Assembly (NCBI GenBank): GCA_964647615.1
Contig: CAZYIV010000009.1
Coordinates: 42-64,041 of the forward strand
Source of the DNA: an uncultured Gemmatimonadaceae bacterium
GTDB lineage: Bacteria > Gemmatimonadota > Gemmatimonadetes > Gemmatimonadales > GWC2-71-9
Length of the DNA: 64,000 nt
Direction of reading: 5' to 3'
In this document: piece by piece, positions 63,787 to 64,000 of the stretch
How positions within the stretch are numbered: the stretch's first letter is position 1
How the letters are laid out: each line of letters begins with the position of its first letter
Notes under the pieces: model-generated
Database searches by the model: none
What the model was told of the DNA's origin: nothing
Seen by the model: only the letters and a program-made list of their open reading frames with translations
Position numbers and translations under genes: made by a program

Positions 63787-64000
63787 TCGTGGGCATCTCC
63801 CCTCGCATCGCCGGCGCGTAGTAGCGGGTGACGTAGTCCTGCACCATCCGCCGGGCCGAGAAGTGCGCGCCGGCCTGGCGGAGCGCGTGCTTCATCCGGA
63901 ACAGCCACTCGGTCGGCAGTCCGCGGGCGTCCCGCTTGTAGTACATGGGCACCACCTGCTGCTCCAGCAGGGTGTACAGGTGGTCCCCGTCGGTCGCGTC
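63770..64000 (-). CDS. glgP: Alpha-glucan phosphorylase (GT35), C-terminal fragment; the gene continues beyond the window
   Basis: The C-terminal tail WLFRMKHALRQAGAHFSARRMVQDYVTRYY resembles the end of alpha-glucan-family phosphorylases. The ORF is open to the window edge. Confidence 0.6.
   Translation of the reverse strand, partial: DATDGDHLYTLLEQQVVPMYYKRDARGLPTEWLFRMKHALRQAGAHFSARRMVQDYVTRYYAPAMRGEMPTSVPPI

Overview
Very GC-rich bacterial chromosomal segment, roughly 70% GC by eye. GC3-biased genes are tightly packed and many overlap by ATGA/GTGA. The gene content (DUF1080, GH89, GH57, carboxypeptidase-regulatory-like lipoprotein, beta-barrel OMP) suggests a diderm soil lineage such as Gemmatimonadota or Acidobacteriota, but that is inference only. 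I support about 55 CDS and found no rRNA, tRNA or CRISPR array. In order, the window contains: a TetR gene; a 1,284-aa orphan modular protein; an IS200/IS605-type Y1 transposase (RAYT-like) bracketed by long inverted arrays of REP hairpins, with further copies of that repeat at the window start and at 10.1 kb; treS with a divergent glycosyltransferase-like gene; a GltD-like/2-oxoacid:ferredoxin oxidoreductase operon; a possible metal/envelope cluster (secreted coiled-coil protein, poly-Gly OMP, membrane protein with a Cys/His tail, a protein about one-third His, an SH3 lipoprotein); a signalling cluster (GGDEF, receiver, kinase, PAS-Fis HTH); ADP-forming acyl-CoA synthetase coupled to malic enzyme; a complete, reordered dlt-like D-alanylation operon (dltC-D-X-A-B); type III glutamine synthetase; agmatine deiminase and N-carbamoylputrescine amidase; a five-gene amidoligase/gamma-glutamyl-hydrolase cluster; and a GH57-based glycogen cluster (glgP-glgA-GH57-GH57). 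The items most worth follow-up are the giant orphan protein, the RAYT/REP architecture, the dlt-like operon in an apparent diderm, the amidoligase cluster and the His-rich protein. All functional calls rest on motif recognition by eye, with no database search. Start codons are frequently uncertain because long spurious ORFs are common at this GC content.
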